Assembly (NCBI GenBank): GCA_012295275.1
Contig: CM022665.1
Coordinates: forward strand, 46,376,001-46,440,000
DNA length: 64,000 nucleotides
Source of the DNA: Chrysomallon squamiferum
Lineage: Eukaryota; Animalia; Mollusca
Direction: 5' to 3'
How positions within the stretch are numbered: the stretch's first letter is position 1; every line of letters begins with the position of its first letter. Under the pieces are notes generated by a model. The model saw nothing but the letters and a program-made list of their open reading frames with translations, ran no database searches and was not told the origin of the DNA. The position numbers and the translations under genes were made by a program. Positions 26,745 to 41,744 of this stretch are shown here, piece after piece.

Positions 26745-27986
26745 ATTGTAATTGTATTTTTGTGACAATAAAGATCAGATTGTAATTGTATTTTTGTGAC
26801 AATAAGGATCAGATTGTAATTGTATTTTTGTGACGATAAGGATCAAATTGTAATTGTATTTTTGTGACAATAAGGATCAGATTGTAATTGTATTTTTGTG
26901 ACAATAAGGATCAGATTGTAATTGTATTTTTGTGACAATAAGGATCAAATTGTAATTGTATTTTTGTGACAATAAGGATCAGATTGTAATTGTATTTTTG
27001 TGACAATAAAGAACAGATTGTAATTGTATTTTTGTGACAATAAGGATCAGATTGTAATTGTATTTTTGTGACAATAAGGATCAGATTGTAATTGTTTTTC
27101 TGTGACAATAAGAATCAGATTGTAATTGTATTTTTGTGACAATAAGGATCAAATTGTAATTGTATTTTTGTAACAAAGATCAGATTGTAATTGTATTTTT
27201 GTGACGATAAGGATCAGATTGTAATTGTATTTTTGTAACAATAAGGATCAGATTGTAATTGTATTTTTGTGACAATAAGGATCAGATTGTAATTGTATTT
27301 TTGTGACAATAATGATCAGATTGTAATTGTTATTTTGTGACAATAAGGATTAAATTGTAATTGTATTTTTGTGACAATAAGGATCAAATTGTAATTGTAT
27401 TTTTGTGACAATAAGGATCAAATTGTAATTGTTTTTTTGTGACAATAAGGATTAAATTGTAATTGTATTTTTGTGACAATAAGGATCAAATTGTATTTGT
27501 TTTTTGTGACAATAAGGATTAAATTGTAATTGTATTTTTGTGACAATAAGGATCAAATTGTAGTTGTATTTCTGTGACAATAAGGATCAAATTGTATTTG
27601 TATTTTTTGTGACAACAAGGATAAAATTGTAATTGTATTTTTGTGACAATAAAGATCAAATTGTAATTGTTATTTTGTGACAATAAGGATTAAATTGTAA
27701 TTGTATTTTTGTAATAAAGATCAAATTGTAATTGTATTTCTGTGACAGTAAGGATCAGATTGTAATTGTATTTTTGTAACAGTAAGGATCAGATTGTAAT
27801 TGTATTTTTGTAACAATAAGAATCAGATTGTAATTGTATTTTTGTGACAATAATGATCAGATTGTAATAGTATTTTTGTGACAATGAGGATTAAATTGTA
27901 ATTGTATTTTTGTGACAACAAGGATCAGATTGTAATTGTATTTTTGTGACAACAAGGATCAGATTGTAATTGTATTTTTGTGACAA
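26745..27986. repeat. 34-bp minisatellite, about 36 copies
   Basis: TTGTAATTGTATTTTTGTGACAATAAGGATCAGA; copies at 26881 and 26915. Confidence 0.98.
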
Positions 27987-28069
27987 GTAAATCTACAAAT
28001 TGATTTCCTTCTGACATGATATGCTCAGACAATGTGGAACCTACTTCCTGTATGAAAACAACAGCTTAC

Positions 28070-28355
28070 GTGACATAACAGAGATATAGGGACGATATAA
28101 CATCTGTATAGGCATGATATACATAGATATATTGGAATGATATAACAGATATACAGGCATGATATAATAGATATACAGGCATGATATAACAGCTATACAG
28201 ACATGATATAACAGATATACAGGTATGATATAACAGATATACAGGTATGATATAATAGATATACAGGTATGATATAACAGATATACAGGCATGATATAAC
28301 AGATATACAGACATGATATAACAGATATACAGACATGATATAACAGATATACAGG
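28070..28355. repeat. 22-bp minisatellite, about 12 copies
   Basis: ATGATATAACAGATATACAGGC; copies at 28141 and 28163. Confidence 0.93.
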
Positions 28356-28423
28356 CAAATGTGAAAACAACAGTTTTATATCAGATACATGAAAGATAAA
28401 CTGATACTGATGTTTCTTCATGT

Positions 28424-28437
28424 GTTACCATGGAGAC
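28424..28437. promoter_or_regulatory. RFX X-box-like motif
   Basis: GTTACCATGGAGAC. Confidence 0.45.
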
Positions 28438-29446
28438 AAATCCTTATAATAATCATTAACCCTTTCTCTGCTTAATTTAAAAATATCTCCAGACAAAATC
28501 AACAACACCAGTAGTTTCACTGCTGTCCCACAGATGGCAGCACCATCCTAGGCTGATATGATCTTTGGGAATCTCTGGACATGTGTCCACTTCTCAGAGA
28601 ATAACAAGAAGTTGTTTTAAAGCCATCAGTTAAATCCACTGTTTGAAGTGAATGGTAACAAAAATTTGAGTGAAAGAATAAGAAAAAAAAAAAAAAAAAT
28701 GAGTGAGTGAATGACATAGTATTTGTGTAATGCCATCTCAACACTTTTTGCATGAAACTTTTACTATATATCAAACTGAACGTTCATTTTTGTATAACAG
28801 TCATATTAAAGAGAACAAAATCTCTGTATTAACTGCATGTAACTGCTGCTTTCAATGATAGGGTTCTTCTTACTGATTTTAGCAGAAAGAAATACTTTAA
28901 TTGCACCTTCCCATGGGTGGTAAACACATATTACGGTATTTGCTAAACTAGCTAATGTTTTCTGGATGGTATGAAAAAACCAAAAAACATCACAGTTATG
29001 AGAAATTGAAGAAGTTAATGTGTGATAATGTACATATTGCATGCGATACAAAGACAGAAAGATTTACAACTAAACAGGTTAATGGGTGTAAAAATACAAA
29101 ATACAGAAATATTCAGCTTAAGATGGATAATACCTGTTGATACAAAATCTGTGTTACAGAGACACAGAGAGAGAGAGAGAGACACGAGGAGTGATTGTCA
29201 GGGACGCATTAGTGAGACATTTCTCGTGTTTATTGGCTTTGTTTAATGTGAGACAAATAACACAGGGATCTGCAAGACAAAGAGAGACGTCTTCCCACAC
29301 AAACAGACTGCGAGTAATTAATTATCAAACTGTTTTATTCCGTCTCGAAAGCTGTCTTTAAACACTTAATTATTAAAGAGGTTTTCTTCTCCAGTACTCA
29401 GTCTGTCACAGCTGTAAATTGTTTCGCATTAATCGTTTTGCATTCC

Positions 29447-30010
29447 GTTTCAAAACATTTTTACACTAATGTTGCGGCGATGAATTTAACTCTTTGAGTG
29501 CTAAGAACTTCAGTCACCAACATACAAACAGTTGTACAGACAGTAACTAGCTTGTATTTTGCTTCAAACATATTACACAATATTATGATGATGAATTTAA
29601 CTCTTTGAATATCTAACAAGTTAAGAAGTTCAGTCACCAACGTACAAACAGTTGCACAGACAACAACTAACTTGTATTTTGTTTTGAACATATTACACAA
29701 TATTATGATGATGAATTAAAGTCTTTGAATACCTAGCAAGTTAAGAACTTCAGTCACCAACGTACAAACAGTTGCACAGACAATAACTAACTTGTATTTT
29801 GTTTCAAACATATCACACCACATTTCAATTCTTTGGCTATGCATGAAGATATTTTAACCCTTTGACTGCCAACTTAGTAAAAAAAAAATTTCAATCAACA
29901 AAATACACACATTGGTACTAACAATGACGTATTTTGTTTCAAACATTTTACAATATTATGATGATTTTTTTTAACCCTTTGACTGCCTTCTAAGTTAAGA
30001 ATTTCAGTCA
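29447..30010. repeat. 120-bp tandem repeat, about 4.5 copies
   Basis: TATTATGATGATGAATT at both 29581 and 29701; TTCAGTCACCAAC.TACAAACAGTTG recurs at 120-bp spacing. Confidence 0.92.
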
Positions 30011-30419
30011 GATATGTGATAAAAAATTTTACTTTAAAGATATAAAAATTAAAATATTCAAGTTATCTAGCTACAAAGAGTTAAAACTGAAGGACATAAA
30101 ACTGAAATATTCTGGTTATCAGTATAAAAAGAGTAATGCAGTAGAGGTAATCTTATATTAGATTGTTTAAAACAGAACTAGGTGTAAATACTTTATATAT
30201 GTAATAGCATGGGAAATTGAAACTGAATATACTTTTATCTTAGAGCAGCACATACCATTAAGTTATCAAGATGTGGCATCCTTGCTGAGCTGAATCAAGA
30301 AAAAAAATGAATAATTCCACAACAAATATATTTGAAAGAATCAGAAGAACTTTTACTATAAGTTAAATAAGTATTTTATTTTTTTATTTTTCAATAAGGA
30401 TAACTGCTGATCAATTAAA

Positions 30420-30710
30420 ATTAATAATAATAATAAAAAATAAATAAATAAATAAATAATAAAGATATATATAAATAAATAATAAATAAATAAATAAATA
30501 AAATAAAAAATAAAACAAGATAAAACAAGATAAAATAAATAAATAAATAAAATAAAAAATAAAATAAAATAAAATAAAATAAAACAATAAATAATCAAAA
30601 ATACAATAAACAAAGAAACCAATAAATAAATAAATAAATAAACAAAAAAAAAAAACATTTAAAACAAACAAAACAAAACAAAACAAACAAATAAAACAAA
30701 TGAAAACAGC
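30420..30710. repeat. (AAAT)/(AAAAT)/(AAAAC) tract
   Basis: Direct reading. Confidence 0.88.
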
Positions 30711-30734
30711 TAAGTGAACAGAAAACAGTTATTT

Positions 30735-30989
30735 AAGGTGACGTATATAAACTGAAAACCGAAGTCTCCCCGTCCATTCACGTCAGCGAACTTTCTCAAA
30801 ATGACGTAAAACTCTCCGAGCTGTTCCCCTCCGAACGACACACCGGCGAAGGCAATCGTCTAATGGTACAACTGTGACAAAACTGAGAGCTACGACAACT
30901 ACCGCAACTCCAAATAAAAACAGACGACCGCAAAAGACGATTTATTCTCACTGCTCAGTGTGTTAGCTTATCTAATCAAATCGAGATCC

Positions 30990-31000
<11 letters not shown>
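30735..31000 (+). promoter_or_regulatory. CpG-rich island, candidate TATA promoter or enhancer
   Basis: TATATAAA at 30744-30751, CCATTC about 31 bp downstream, three TGACGT cores (about 30739, 30780 reverse, 30802), CCGCCATTTT at 30988-30997. Confidence 0.35.
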
Positions 31001-31020
<20 letters not shown>

Positions 31021-32299
31021 GATTTTTCTTCTTCTTTTTTTTTGAAAAACTCCAGCTCAGATAACCATCATGGATGCAATCAAACGGTTGAAAGCTTTTT
31101 CCCATTATCCCTCAGTTAATCTGGTATCTGAGAGAGTTTTTTTTTTTTCAAACGCGAGGAATGGGTGCTGTAGATAAATATTTGTTTCAATGGAGTGATT
31201 TGATTTGTCTGCAAACAAACACACTGGAAGAATTCCTAGTGACCTGGCTAATGGTTTTTTGTCACAGGACGGTGATGGAAGATGCCAGAGGTGGTGATTT
31301 TTTTTTTTTTTTTTAAATGTTTGATTTTTTTGATTTTTTTAAAATTTAGCTTTACAGAGATTTCAGATTCACCTTCTGTAATTTTATCTGACTCAGTATG
31401 ACTGGTGTTGCTCTTAACAAATTTGATAAAACAACAACTACAACGACAATGACAGCAACGTTAATCGCGACCTTGTGTCGATGGTGGTCATGAGGGTGAC
31501 AAGGGTGATGTTGTAGCTGTTGCTGTTTGTGAAGATGTCAGTTATTTCTGACGGTTAATGGAAAATGAATTGAAATAGTAATAATGGTGATGATGATGAT
31601 GATGATATTAATAATAATAATAATAGTAATAATAATAATAGAAATGGTAATAATAACAAAAAGAAGAAGAAAAAGAAAAGGAAGAAGAATAATCATTACT
31701 ACTACTACTAATAATAATGAATACGATTATAACAAAAAGTAACAATAATTATGAATATTTTAACATTGATGACGACAACAACAACAACTTTAAAATAATA
31801 ATTATAATAATCTTCTTCTTCATCATTCGTAAAAAAAAAAAAAAAATAAAATAAAATAAAATAAAATAAAAATCTTTTTTTCTTCTTCACAAGTTACTCC
31901 TTACAAGATAATCATCAATGAACCAGCTATACAATCTACATCTTACAGAATCAAAACATGCCTCATGCCCTCTCTCTCCTGATTCCCATTTTTATTATCA
32001 CCCACTGCAAAAAAAAAAAAAAAAAAAAAAAATTACCCAGTCTGGAAAAACTTAAGATAATTAACTGTAATTTGTCTGAGACAAATCAAAGATGGCCGCT
32101 GATGGTTTCTGCACATTTTTTGGAGTGTGTGAAGACGATGTTTTATTTAACAGTCGAAGATGTAAACAGAACAGCAAATACAGCAGGTCGCGTTTGTAAA
32201 AGCTGAAAATCACTTTTATGAAATATCAATAAGATTTTTATCAAACAGCATGAAATGTTTCTGTGCTGGTGTGTTGTTGCTTGCCCATTTTGCTAATAA

Positions 32300-33850
32300 A
32301 TAAAAAATAAAAATAAAAAAAAAATAAGGGGAGATAAAAAAAAAAATGAAGTGCTGAATGCTCTTTGGAATAGAAGGTAATAAATAATATGATAATATAT
32401 ATAAAAAAAAATATAAAAAAAAATAAAAATAAAATAAAATAAAATATAAAACAAATTTTAAAAAATAAAACAGAAAAAAAAAAAAAAAAAAATAAAAAAA
32501 TATATAAAAAATAAAAATAAAATAAAAATTTTAACTAAAAAAAATAAATTAATAAATAATTAAATAAATAAATAAATTCTGAAATGTACAGAGAAATTAA
32601 TCTGACATTTTATAACCAATTTTGTAACCAGTTTTGCTCTAAGCAGTACAAAAATAAAATTATACTGCTAAAATAAAAAAATAATTTAAATAAGCCAGTT
32701 TGATGCAGATACACTTTACAGGCTCATGGTGATAAATTAGCCACATTTAGTGCCACGTAAGGCATGCTTTGAATACTAACAGCTGAGTGTAGAGGGATGA
32801 TTGTAATTAAATAGAAATCAAACCACAAAGATAGGGAGATATCTGAATACCATAGTCTTGTAAATATATATGCACAAGACATTAAAGATATATATGTATA
32901 TGTGTGTGTGTGTATGTATGCATGTATGTATGTACGTATGTATATATACAAACAATAAATAAATAAAACAAGTAAATGAAAGAATAAGAAACAAAAAAGG
33001 TGTAATAAATGATGATGATGATGATGAATAAATGAATCGATAAGTAACAATGAATATGTATATATACTAAAAATAAAATAAAGATTTCATTCTGTTGATA
33101 TTTTTTGTATAAATAAATAAAACAAAACAAAAAAACTCTAACACCACAAATAAAAAACAAATAAATAAATAAATAAATAAATAAAAATAAATAAAAATAA
33201 TAATAACAATAAATAAACAAAAATAAACCGAAAAATTAAATTATCCACAAACCACTAATCAATAAAACGACATTTAACATTAAGTGTTAAACAATTAACA
33301 AAACATTAAGTGAATGACTTCAGTCGCATTCAACAGTTTTAACTTAAATGCGTTAATCAACTCCATTTAGAGTCGAAATCACGAGATGAATTCTTTCCTT
33401 TCACTTACTCAACTGTTTATCTGTATTCAAGAAAACTTGCGAAAAACCACGAGGATTTCGAGTGAAGAAATAACAAACGTTAAATGTTTTTCATTATCGT
33501 GGTAAGTGGATTTTCTTTGCAAGAAAATTAGATTAATTTGTGAGTCGATAAATCCATTAGTGTTACTTAAAACAAATTTCTTTAAGAAATTATGAAAATT
33601 TATGACACTAACAGCATTTTTTTTTTTTTAAAAAGAAAGAAAATCTTTTGACAGAAAATTGTTATAAAAAAACATATGTATGTGTATTAAGTTGTGTTTC
33701 CTTTTAACAGCATAGAAAAATCTTAAGAAAAAATATAATAATAAAAATAAATATATAATAGTAATAATAATAATAATAATAAATAAATAAAATACTACTA
33801 TACTACTACTAATAATACAAAGCATAAAATAATAACAATAAATAAAATAA

Positions 33851-33906
<56 letters not shown>

Positions 33907-34000
33907 TAATAAATCAAATTAAATAAAAATAAAAAAAAATAAAAAGTAAAATAAAAAAAAAATAAAATATAATAAAATAAAAATATATAAATCATCTGCA
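32300..34000. repeat. A-rich low-complexity tracts and (AAT)n, interrupted by a unique island at about 33300-33560
   Basis: Direct reading; (AAT)n at about 33851-33903. Confidence 0.7.
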
Positions 34001-34200
34001 CTGAATTAGACTTTTTGCTGAAAGCAGGTGTCTTTGTTTTGTTGCAAGTAAAATAATTTTAATTTATTTTGATTACTGGAAGTGATGGGTGAAAATCAAA
34101 CTGTAATTTATTTTATTTATGAAACTTAAAAAAAAGAGAGGATCTTCAGTGCATTTCAGAATTTTAAATTTTAAATACGGAATAGGATGAAGAGATAACG

Positions 34201-34752
34201 AAATGACTGATCAGTGGAAAGATCAAAGAATGATCTGGAAAAGATCAAAGAATACTTGATCAGTACAAAAAGATCAAGGATTGACTGATCAGTAGAAAGA
34301 TCAAAGAATGACTGATCAGTGGAAAGATCAAAGAACGATCTGGAAAATACAAAGAATGACTGATCAGTGGAAAGATCAAAAATTGACTGATCAGTGGAAA
34401 GATCAAAGAATGACTGATCATTGGAAAGATCAAAGAATTACTGATCAGTGGAAAGATCAAAGATTGACTGATCAGTGAAAATATCAAAGAATGACTGATC
34501 AGTGGAAAGATCAAAGATTGACTGATCAGTGAAAAGATCAAAGAATGACTGATCAGTAGAAAGATCAAAGATTGACTGATTAGTGAAAAGATCAAAGAAT
34601 GACTGATCAGGAGAAAGATCAAAGAATACTTGATCAGTACAAAAAGAACAAAGATTGACTGATCAGTGGAAAGATAAAAAAATGACTGATCAGGAGAAAG
34701 ATCAAAGAATGACTGATCAGTAAAAAAAAAAATATCAGAAAATGACTGATTA
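34201..34752. repeat. 27-bp minisatellite, about 20 copies
   Basis: AATGACTGATCAGTGGAAAGATCAAAG; matches the 9-aa period of ORF 34260-34622. Confidence 0.95.
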
Positions 34753-35334
34753 AATCAACTTATCTAAATCTTGACCCAATAAAACAACAACAATACTAAT
34801 ACCTCTAATATTTGTATTAACACTAATCTCCTTTTATTTTTTTTTTTTTTTTATTTTTATTTTATCTCTCCCATATTCGTATCAAGCTACCATCCGCTAT
34901 TATTAGCACAACTCAACTCAAAAGAAGAATCCACATTCAACTCGTTTGTGTCTCATCTCACTTATTACAGAGTTTTTAATCGGAAGCAATAAATCGGCAA
35001 AGGAATCAAAGACGTATATTGCCAGTCACAGCCCCCACGTCACGAAACTGAGAGGCAGCCATTTTGGTTTGACACGGAGACGAAGAGAATGTTACTAACA
35101 GGTCCACGTCATTTTATAAATTTTGACGTTTCAGTCAGGAAGGACTTTAGTAAGAAAGAAAGAAAATGGAAAGTAAATTGTTACTGTATTTGTAATAAGT
35201 TTCTTTTTCAATTTTTTCAATTTTTTTTTTTTAAGAAAAATGTTAACGAAAGTTGTTTTGTTGCTGGATAGATGCCTTAGAAGGGGTTACAGGTTTTTTT
35301 TTTTGGGGGGGCATTTTCATAAGACACCCATGTA

Positions 35335-35575
35335 CTTACACATACACACATGCACACAGACACACATATATACAGATACATACATATTATATACACACAC
35401 ATACATTCATAATACATACACACACACACATACATACATACACACACATACATACATAATACACATATACACACATACACACACATACAGATACATAAAC
35501 ACATACACATACATACACACATACACACACATACACACACACACACCTACAAACACACACATACATACCTACACA
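35335..35575. repeat. (CA)/(CATA) block
   Basis: Direct reading. Confidence 0.9.
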
Positions 35576-36175
35576 TGTTTTGACCATTTTGTAGCTTTCT
35601 TTAGCTGAATTTAACTCTTTTTTTTTTATATTAAATCACAGAAAAAGGTTGAATAATAATAATTATACATGGATAAATTTTATTGCTGAACAGTCTCTAT
35701 GGTTTAAAAATAAATTTCAGAAAATATTTTGAATTTTGTTAAAAAAAACAACAACAACAGCATGAACGGTAATAAAATAAAAAGTTAGAAAAGGAAGAGA
35801 ATCAAATAAAGAAATGAAATGAAATGGAAAATTAAAAAAAAAAAAAATAATAAAAATAAATGAAAAAAATAAATGAAAAAAAAAACGTAAGAAAAGGAAG
35901 AATGAAAAAAACAGTTTAAGAATCTTCACTTGTAAAATCGAATTAAACTAAACTTACATAATAATAAAGTTTTAACTTACAAAGCATTTAAAAAAGAACC
36001 AAAAAACACATTTTTTTTGGCCTTCTTAAAACATTTTCTGAAATTTCTAATGTCAAATTTCTTTTCAAAAAAATAAAAAAATAAAAAAAGGTTTCAATGA
36101 TGAATTTTAATTAATTTTTTTCAATATTTTTTTGTTTTTACTGTCTTGAAGTTGAAAAGATGAAAAAACGCAAAA

Positions 36176-36231
<56 letters not shown>

Positions 36232-36959
36232 GCAGTCATTAAACTTAGATATACCAGGAATTAAAAACTAAAACGAATTAAAAAAAAAAAAAGAAAGAAA
36301 AAGTTACAAATATAACTGAAAAAAACATTATCATCATCATAAAAAAAAAAAAAAACAAAAACAAAACAAGAATGCAAAAAGTGATGACATTTAACCGAAA
36401 AAAAAAAAAAATAATAATAATAATAATCATGTAAATTTTTAAAAACATTTTTAGTATTTTTTTAAAAGTATTAAATTAAAATAAAAAACAAAAAAAAGCC
36501 ACTCCACAACTTTTAACAGCTACAAAAGTCGACAACAGATGATGAAAAATAACGTATGAGTCTGGAACGAACTAATATAGCATTTATATTGGATTCCCAG
36601 TTGACGTTTCCATGTTGCTTGCGAACTCTCTACTGCTGAAACCACGAAAAGTGCCGATGGTACACTGGGGTTGCCATGGCCGTCACTAAGGCTCGCGTCA
36701 CCCATCTTTCTGATTTAATAAACATGCTTGTGTTTTATGTGAAAGTATGGCAGTAAATTCCTTCCAAAGACATTGATCTTGTCACAGGCAATTAATCACA
36801 AATCAGACTTCACTACAACCTCGTGTTTTTTTTTATTTTTTATTTTTTTTTTTTTTTATTTACTGTGTGTTAAGAATTAATAATGATGAAAACATCGGAA
36901 ACACTTATAAATTTAATGTGGTTGCGATGTTTGCTTTTAATTTGTGTTTGAAAAGATGA

Positions 36960-37345
36960 TAATAATAAAATTTCGAGAACAATTATGAATGTGATTTAGG
37001 GATGTGTTTTTAAGTCTGTGTGTTAAATAATAATAATAATAATAAAACTTCTAAAACAACTATAATTGTGACTTAGGGACATGTTTTTTAGTCTGTGTGT
37101 TAAATAATAATAATAATAAAACTTCTAAAATAAATTATAATTGTATTCTTTTTTAACTGTGTATTAAACATTAATAAAACTTTTTAATCATTTTAAATTA
37201 AAAAATAATAATAATAAAACTTCTAAAACAATTATAATTGTCACTTAACAGTGTCATTCTTTTTAATCTGGGTATTAAAAAATAATATATGAAAGAGAAT
37301 TATAAGTATGATGTAACTTCAAAATTGTTTTAATTTGTATATTAA
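36960..37345. repeat. Degenerate tandem repeat of about 70-75 bp, about 5 copies
   Basis: AATAATAAAACTTCTAAAACAA.TATAATTGTGACTTAGGGA...TTTTTAGTCTGTGTGTTAA recurs. Confidence 0.75.
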
Positions 37346-37394
37346 AAATCCCCCCCAAAAATCACCATGTGACTGTCACCTTGTTTTTTTTTAT

Positions 37395-37430
<36 letters not shown>

Positions 37431-37668
37431 CATTGGTGTCAGTACATTCAAAATTAAACCTCCTAAACTTGATATTTTTTTATTTTTTGGTGATAAATTA
37501 GGAAATAATGAAAGAAGGATGCTATTTGATAGATGAAACTAAAAATTTGTGACCACATTCTACAAAGTGGACAGTAAATCACTGATGACAACTCGCATCA
37601 GAAAATCAAGCAATTTTTTTTTAATTATAAATTTTCTTCTTGTTCATTTTCTTCTTCTTCTTCTTCTG

Positions 37669-37718
<50 letters not shown>

Positions 37719-38054
37719 TTTTATATTTTTGGATATATTTTACAATACATTTTTAATTATTTTATATTCTGTAAATTTACTGAAACTAAATCATGCAATG
37801 AAATTGCTGATTACATGATTAAATGTGTAGGATTTGTCTAAAGACCAATGTTGAAACATGAGCAGAACACAATCATCTCCTCTTTATTTCATATTCAGAG
37901 TTTGAAATAAAATACCCTAATCATCAGTAATATGGCTAAAGTGAAATATGTATCTTTTGTAAAAGTACATGCAGTTTTTTTTTTTTTTTCTGAAAACAAG
38001 AAAGAAAGAAAGAAGGCAAGAAAGAATAAAAAAAAAAACTCCTAACAACCCCTA

Positions 38055-38085
<31 letters not shown>

Positions 38086-40057
38086 AATACAAAAGAAAAA
38101 CCAACACATAACACCCAACTAAATGAAGAACAGCAACAACAAATTAGAAAAAAAAAAAAAAAAAAAAAAAAAAATTAAAAATAAAATAAAAGTCAGACAT
38201 TCCACACAGACAGAACAAGTCTGACATTACCAATCCTGGAAATAAAAAAAAAAAAAAAAAAAAAAACAAACAAAAAAAACAATAACAATATCAGATGAAA
38301 AATTCTCACATGAGATATTTTTACCAGCAGACGCATCCAAATTAGGAAAAACGTTATTTAATAACAACACAAGTGGTCTTCACCCCCACACAGTACATTT
38401 GTCTGTACGTCCAGTCTGTCTGTCTGCAGATATATCATCAACACCAGCAAACTGGTGACACCTCGACCCATAATCGCATTGAGCTTAGTGGAGATCGGCG
38501 AGTCCTGGGTGTGATTTCAGAACCTCCCCAGGGGAATGCTTTTTGTATAACGTTGTACAGCTTCACTGCTGATTTATTATGATTAAACACCAGCTTCTTC
38601 AGACTGCTGCAGTACTGAAAACATTGTTCAGTGTCTCCACTGGTCAGTCAGACTTGGTCGTTGTCCATTTTTGGTACGGTTTATGGGTTTGAAATCAGTT
38701 GGAATTAGCATCAAAATGTCTACCAGTTTCGTTTAATTTTTTTATTTTTTTTGGTGCTTTTGTATTCTGAGCAGATTGTCTGTGTGTGTGAATGTATGTC
38801 TGTCTGTCTGGAAGGAAGGATAGAGATGTTTAATTATGTGTATGTATGGGTTTGAAAATTTTTGTTGTGTATTTTTAGGTGTTTTTATGGGTGTGTGTTG
38901 AGCTGGAAAGTGAAGTATGAGGCTGGGTCAGAGAGCAGGTTTCAGATTGGGAAAAATGTGACTGATACTGGTTATAAGAACTGACTTTATTTCGGTCGAG
39001 TGACATTGTGGTCATTCTTTTTGATGGTGAAATATTAAAATAGAGAACAAGAATGGACAATCAATTATAGTGTAACAAACTTTTAATTATAACAACCCAT
39101 TCGCCCACCCCCAAAAAATTAAGTTTCTCAAAAATAGATAATTTTTTTTCTTTTCAATGTTTCAACAGTTTGATGTGTATTTTATTTTAAAAATATGTTT
39201 TATGTAAGTTAATTTATATTAAGTGGGAAAAAAAGACAAATAAAAAAAAAACAAAAAAAAACAAATAAGTTTATTAAAAATCTGTTTTCTTCTTTTTTGT
39301 AATGTCTTACAAACTGATGTGTATATTTTACTCTAAAATTACGTTTTCTGTTAATTAATTTATATTTAAGGAAAAATTCACACACCAAAATAAAATTCAA
39401 AAAAAAAAAATAAAAAAAATAAAAAAATGAAAATGAAAAAAAAATTATGGGTATTTTACTTCCCCATTAAAAGAGGACCCGAAAAAGGAAACCAGAGAAG
39501 ACATTTAATAACCGCCATTGGAACTCTTCTGTCTGGTGAGTTTCATAAGTAAGGTAATCATGTGACACACTTTAATCAGTGTCAAGATGGAGGAAATTGA
39601 ACGGCACACATCAACACTTTAACCACAATGATTACACTTGATCTGGTCTTTTTTCTCAAACTTTTCTCAAATGAAAAAACCCCAAAAAAAAAAAAAAATG
39701 TTTTAAAGAAGGCATGCAACGTTTTTAAAAACAAAGATTATCAGTTTGGGAAATTGCAAAAATTTGGTTTCTAGAAATAGCGTAGGTGTACGGAGAGCTT
39801 AAAAAAAAAAAAAAAAAAAAAAAAAAATTGGGCTTTGGTACACATTACTTTTCCCATTCCAAACCAAAGTGAATAGTTTTAGAGTTCCAACATTTGAATG
39901 CCAGTTATTCCAAATCCAAAAAATCCAGAGCTAATGTAATTTTTTTTTTTTTTTCTTTTCAAAACATTTAGATTATTTTTCATTTTGGAAATTCAGTGGT
40001 CAGTTTTTGCAGAAATATCTCAAATATTACTTGAAGCTACGAGAGGAATGGAGTGTA

Positions 40058-40233
<176 letters not shown>

Positions 40234-40654
40234 ATATATATATAAGGAAGATTCACATTATCTAAGCTTTATATAACCAGGACTTGTCAGATGATGTTTT
40301 ATAGAACTTTTAATGACACAGGTAACTAAACTGATGAAAAAAACATCATCTAATATTCATTTTATGAAATCTAAACACCGTTTTGTCAGTAATTAGAATT
40401 ATGTCACCATTTCAGTTCAAATTTACATTAAGTAGAATTAAACTTGAGAAAAAAAAAAAATAACCTGCCCCCAAAAAAATGAAACATTGAGATCGTTGTT
40501 GTCCTAATTTTAAAATCAATACAAATGAAATTATAGTTTATATGATTAAAATTGATTTGTTTATTTTTTGCAATCTGATGTTGAATTGTATTTGTTAACA
40601 AGTGCAGGGAACTAGATAATTTTCTGAAAGAAATCACAGATGTCATTACAAATA

Positions 40655-40815
40655 ATGATGATGATGATGATAATGATGATGATAATAATGATTATGATTA
40701 TTATAATGAAGATAATGATGATGACAATGTTGATGATAATGATGATGATGCTGCTGATGATGATGATGATGATGATGATGGTGATGATGATAATAATTAT
40801 GATAATAATAATGAG
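40655..40815. repeat. (GAT)n imperfect repeat
   Basis: Direct reading. Confidence 0.9.
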
Positions 40816-41744
40816 GAGAATTGTATTAATATTGATACTAATAACAACAGTAAAAACAATAATAATATATAAATAAATAATAATTCTGTTATTACTATTA
40901 TTAAATAAATGAAATAATTAAAAAAATGACATTAAATATTTATTTACCTTAAATAATTAAATAATTAATTTAATAGAATTTATTTCATTGTATCATAAAT
41001 AATATTAAAAAATAAATAAATAAATAAATAATGAAAATTTCGAAAAACCCACTAAAACAGAAGAAAACAGAAAAATTAAATTAAGTTAAATTAAATTTAA
41101 ATTTAAAATAAATTACAACAAAAATAATATGTTACAAAAAAAGACCCCAAAACACATGATCTCAACAAATAATTCATTAATTTATTTAAAATAATCTAAT
41201 TGTGGAAAGACTGATGAAATATTTTAATCAATCGATGCTCTTATTAAAAAGAACTGCTACAATAAAATAACATATTAAACCCTGTTAATAAAACACTGGT
41301 CTCTGTAACACACAAGAAACAATCTGATCTATTTCAAGTGATCTATAACAAAAACACAAAGAATTAAACTGTTTATTTGATATCTAGTAACTAATACCAG
41401 TGTTTTGTTACATCAAAGTTTGTGGCATTTTTTCAAGTTGTAGCAAGTGAAACTAACAGAAACATGAAGAATTAAAAACAGATATTTAATATCTTGCAAT
41501 CAGTATTCCTGATTGTTTAATTTTATAAATCCATGGTATGTGTTGTCCTGTACTTGTTTTCTAGAAAATATATATTTTTTAAATTTGCTGATTGAAAAGA
41601 ATAGTGTTTTATACTCAGTATTATATAAAATGTGTGATATTTTTGTGTTTTTTTCTGGGTTTTTTTTTGGGGGGGTGTGTTTTTTTATAAAGAGAAACAA
41701 ATAAAAATAACTACACAAATTTTGTATTTAAGATTTATATAGAG

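Noticed and set aside
23103-27986. 31-bp and 34-bp arrays as CRISPR or centromeric satellite
   Set aside because: Head-to-tail units without spacers; arrays are only about 1 kb and interspersed with unique DNA
34260-34622. 9-aa repeat hydrophobic ORF (SHSLIFPLI)
   Set aside because: Direct translation of the 27-bp minisatellite; shorter variant units interrupt the period
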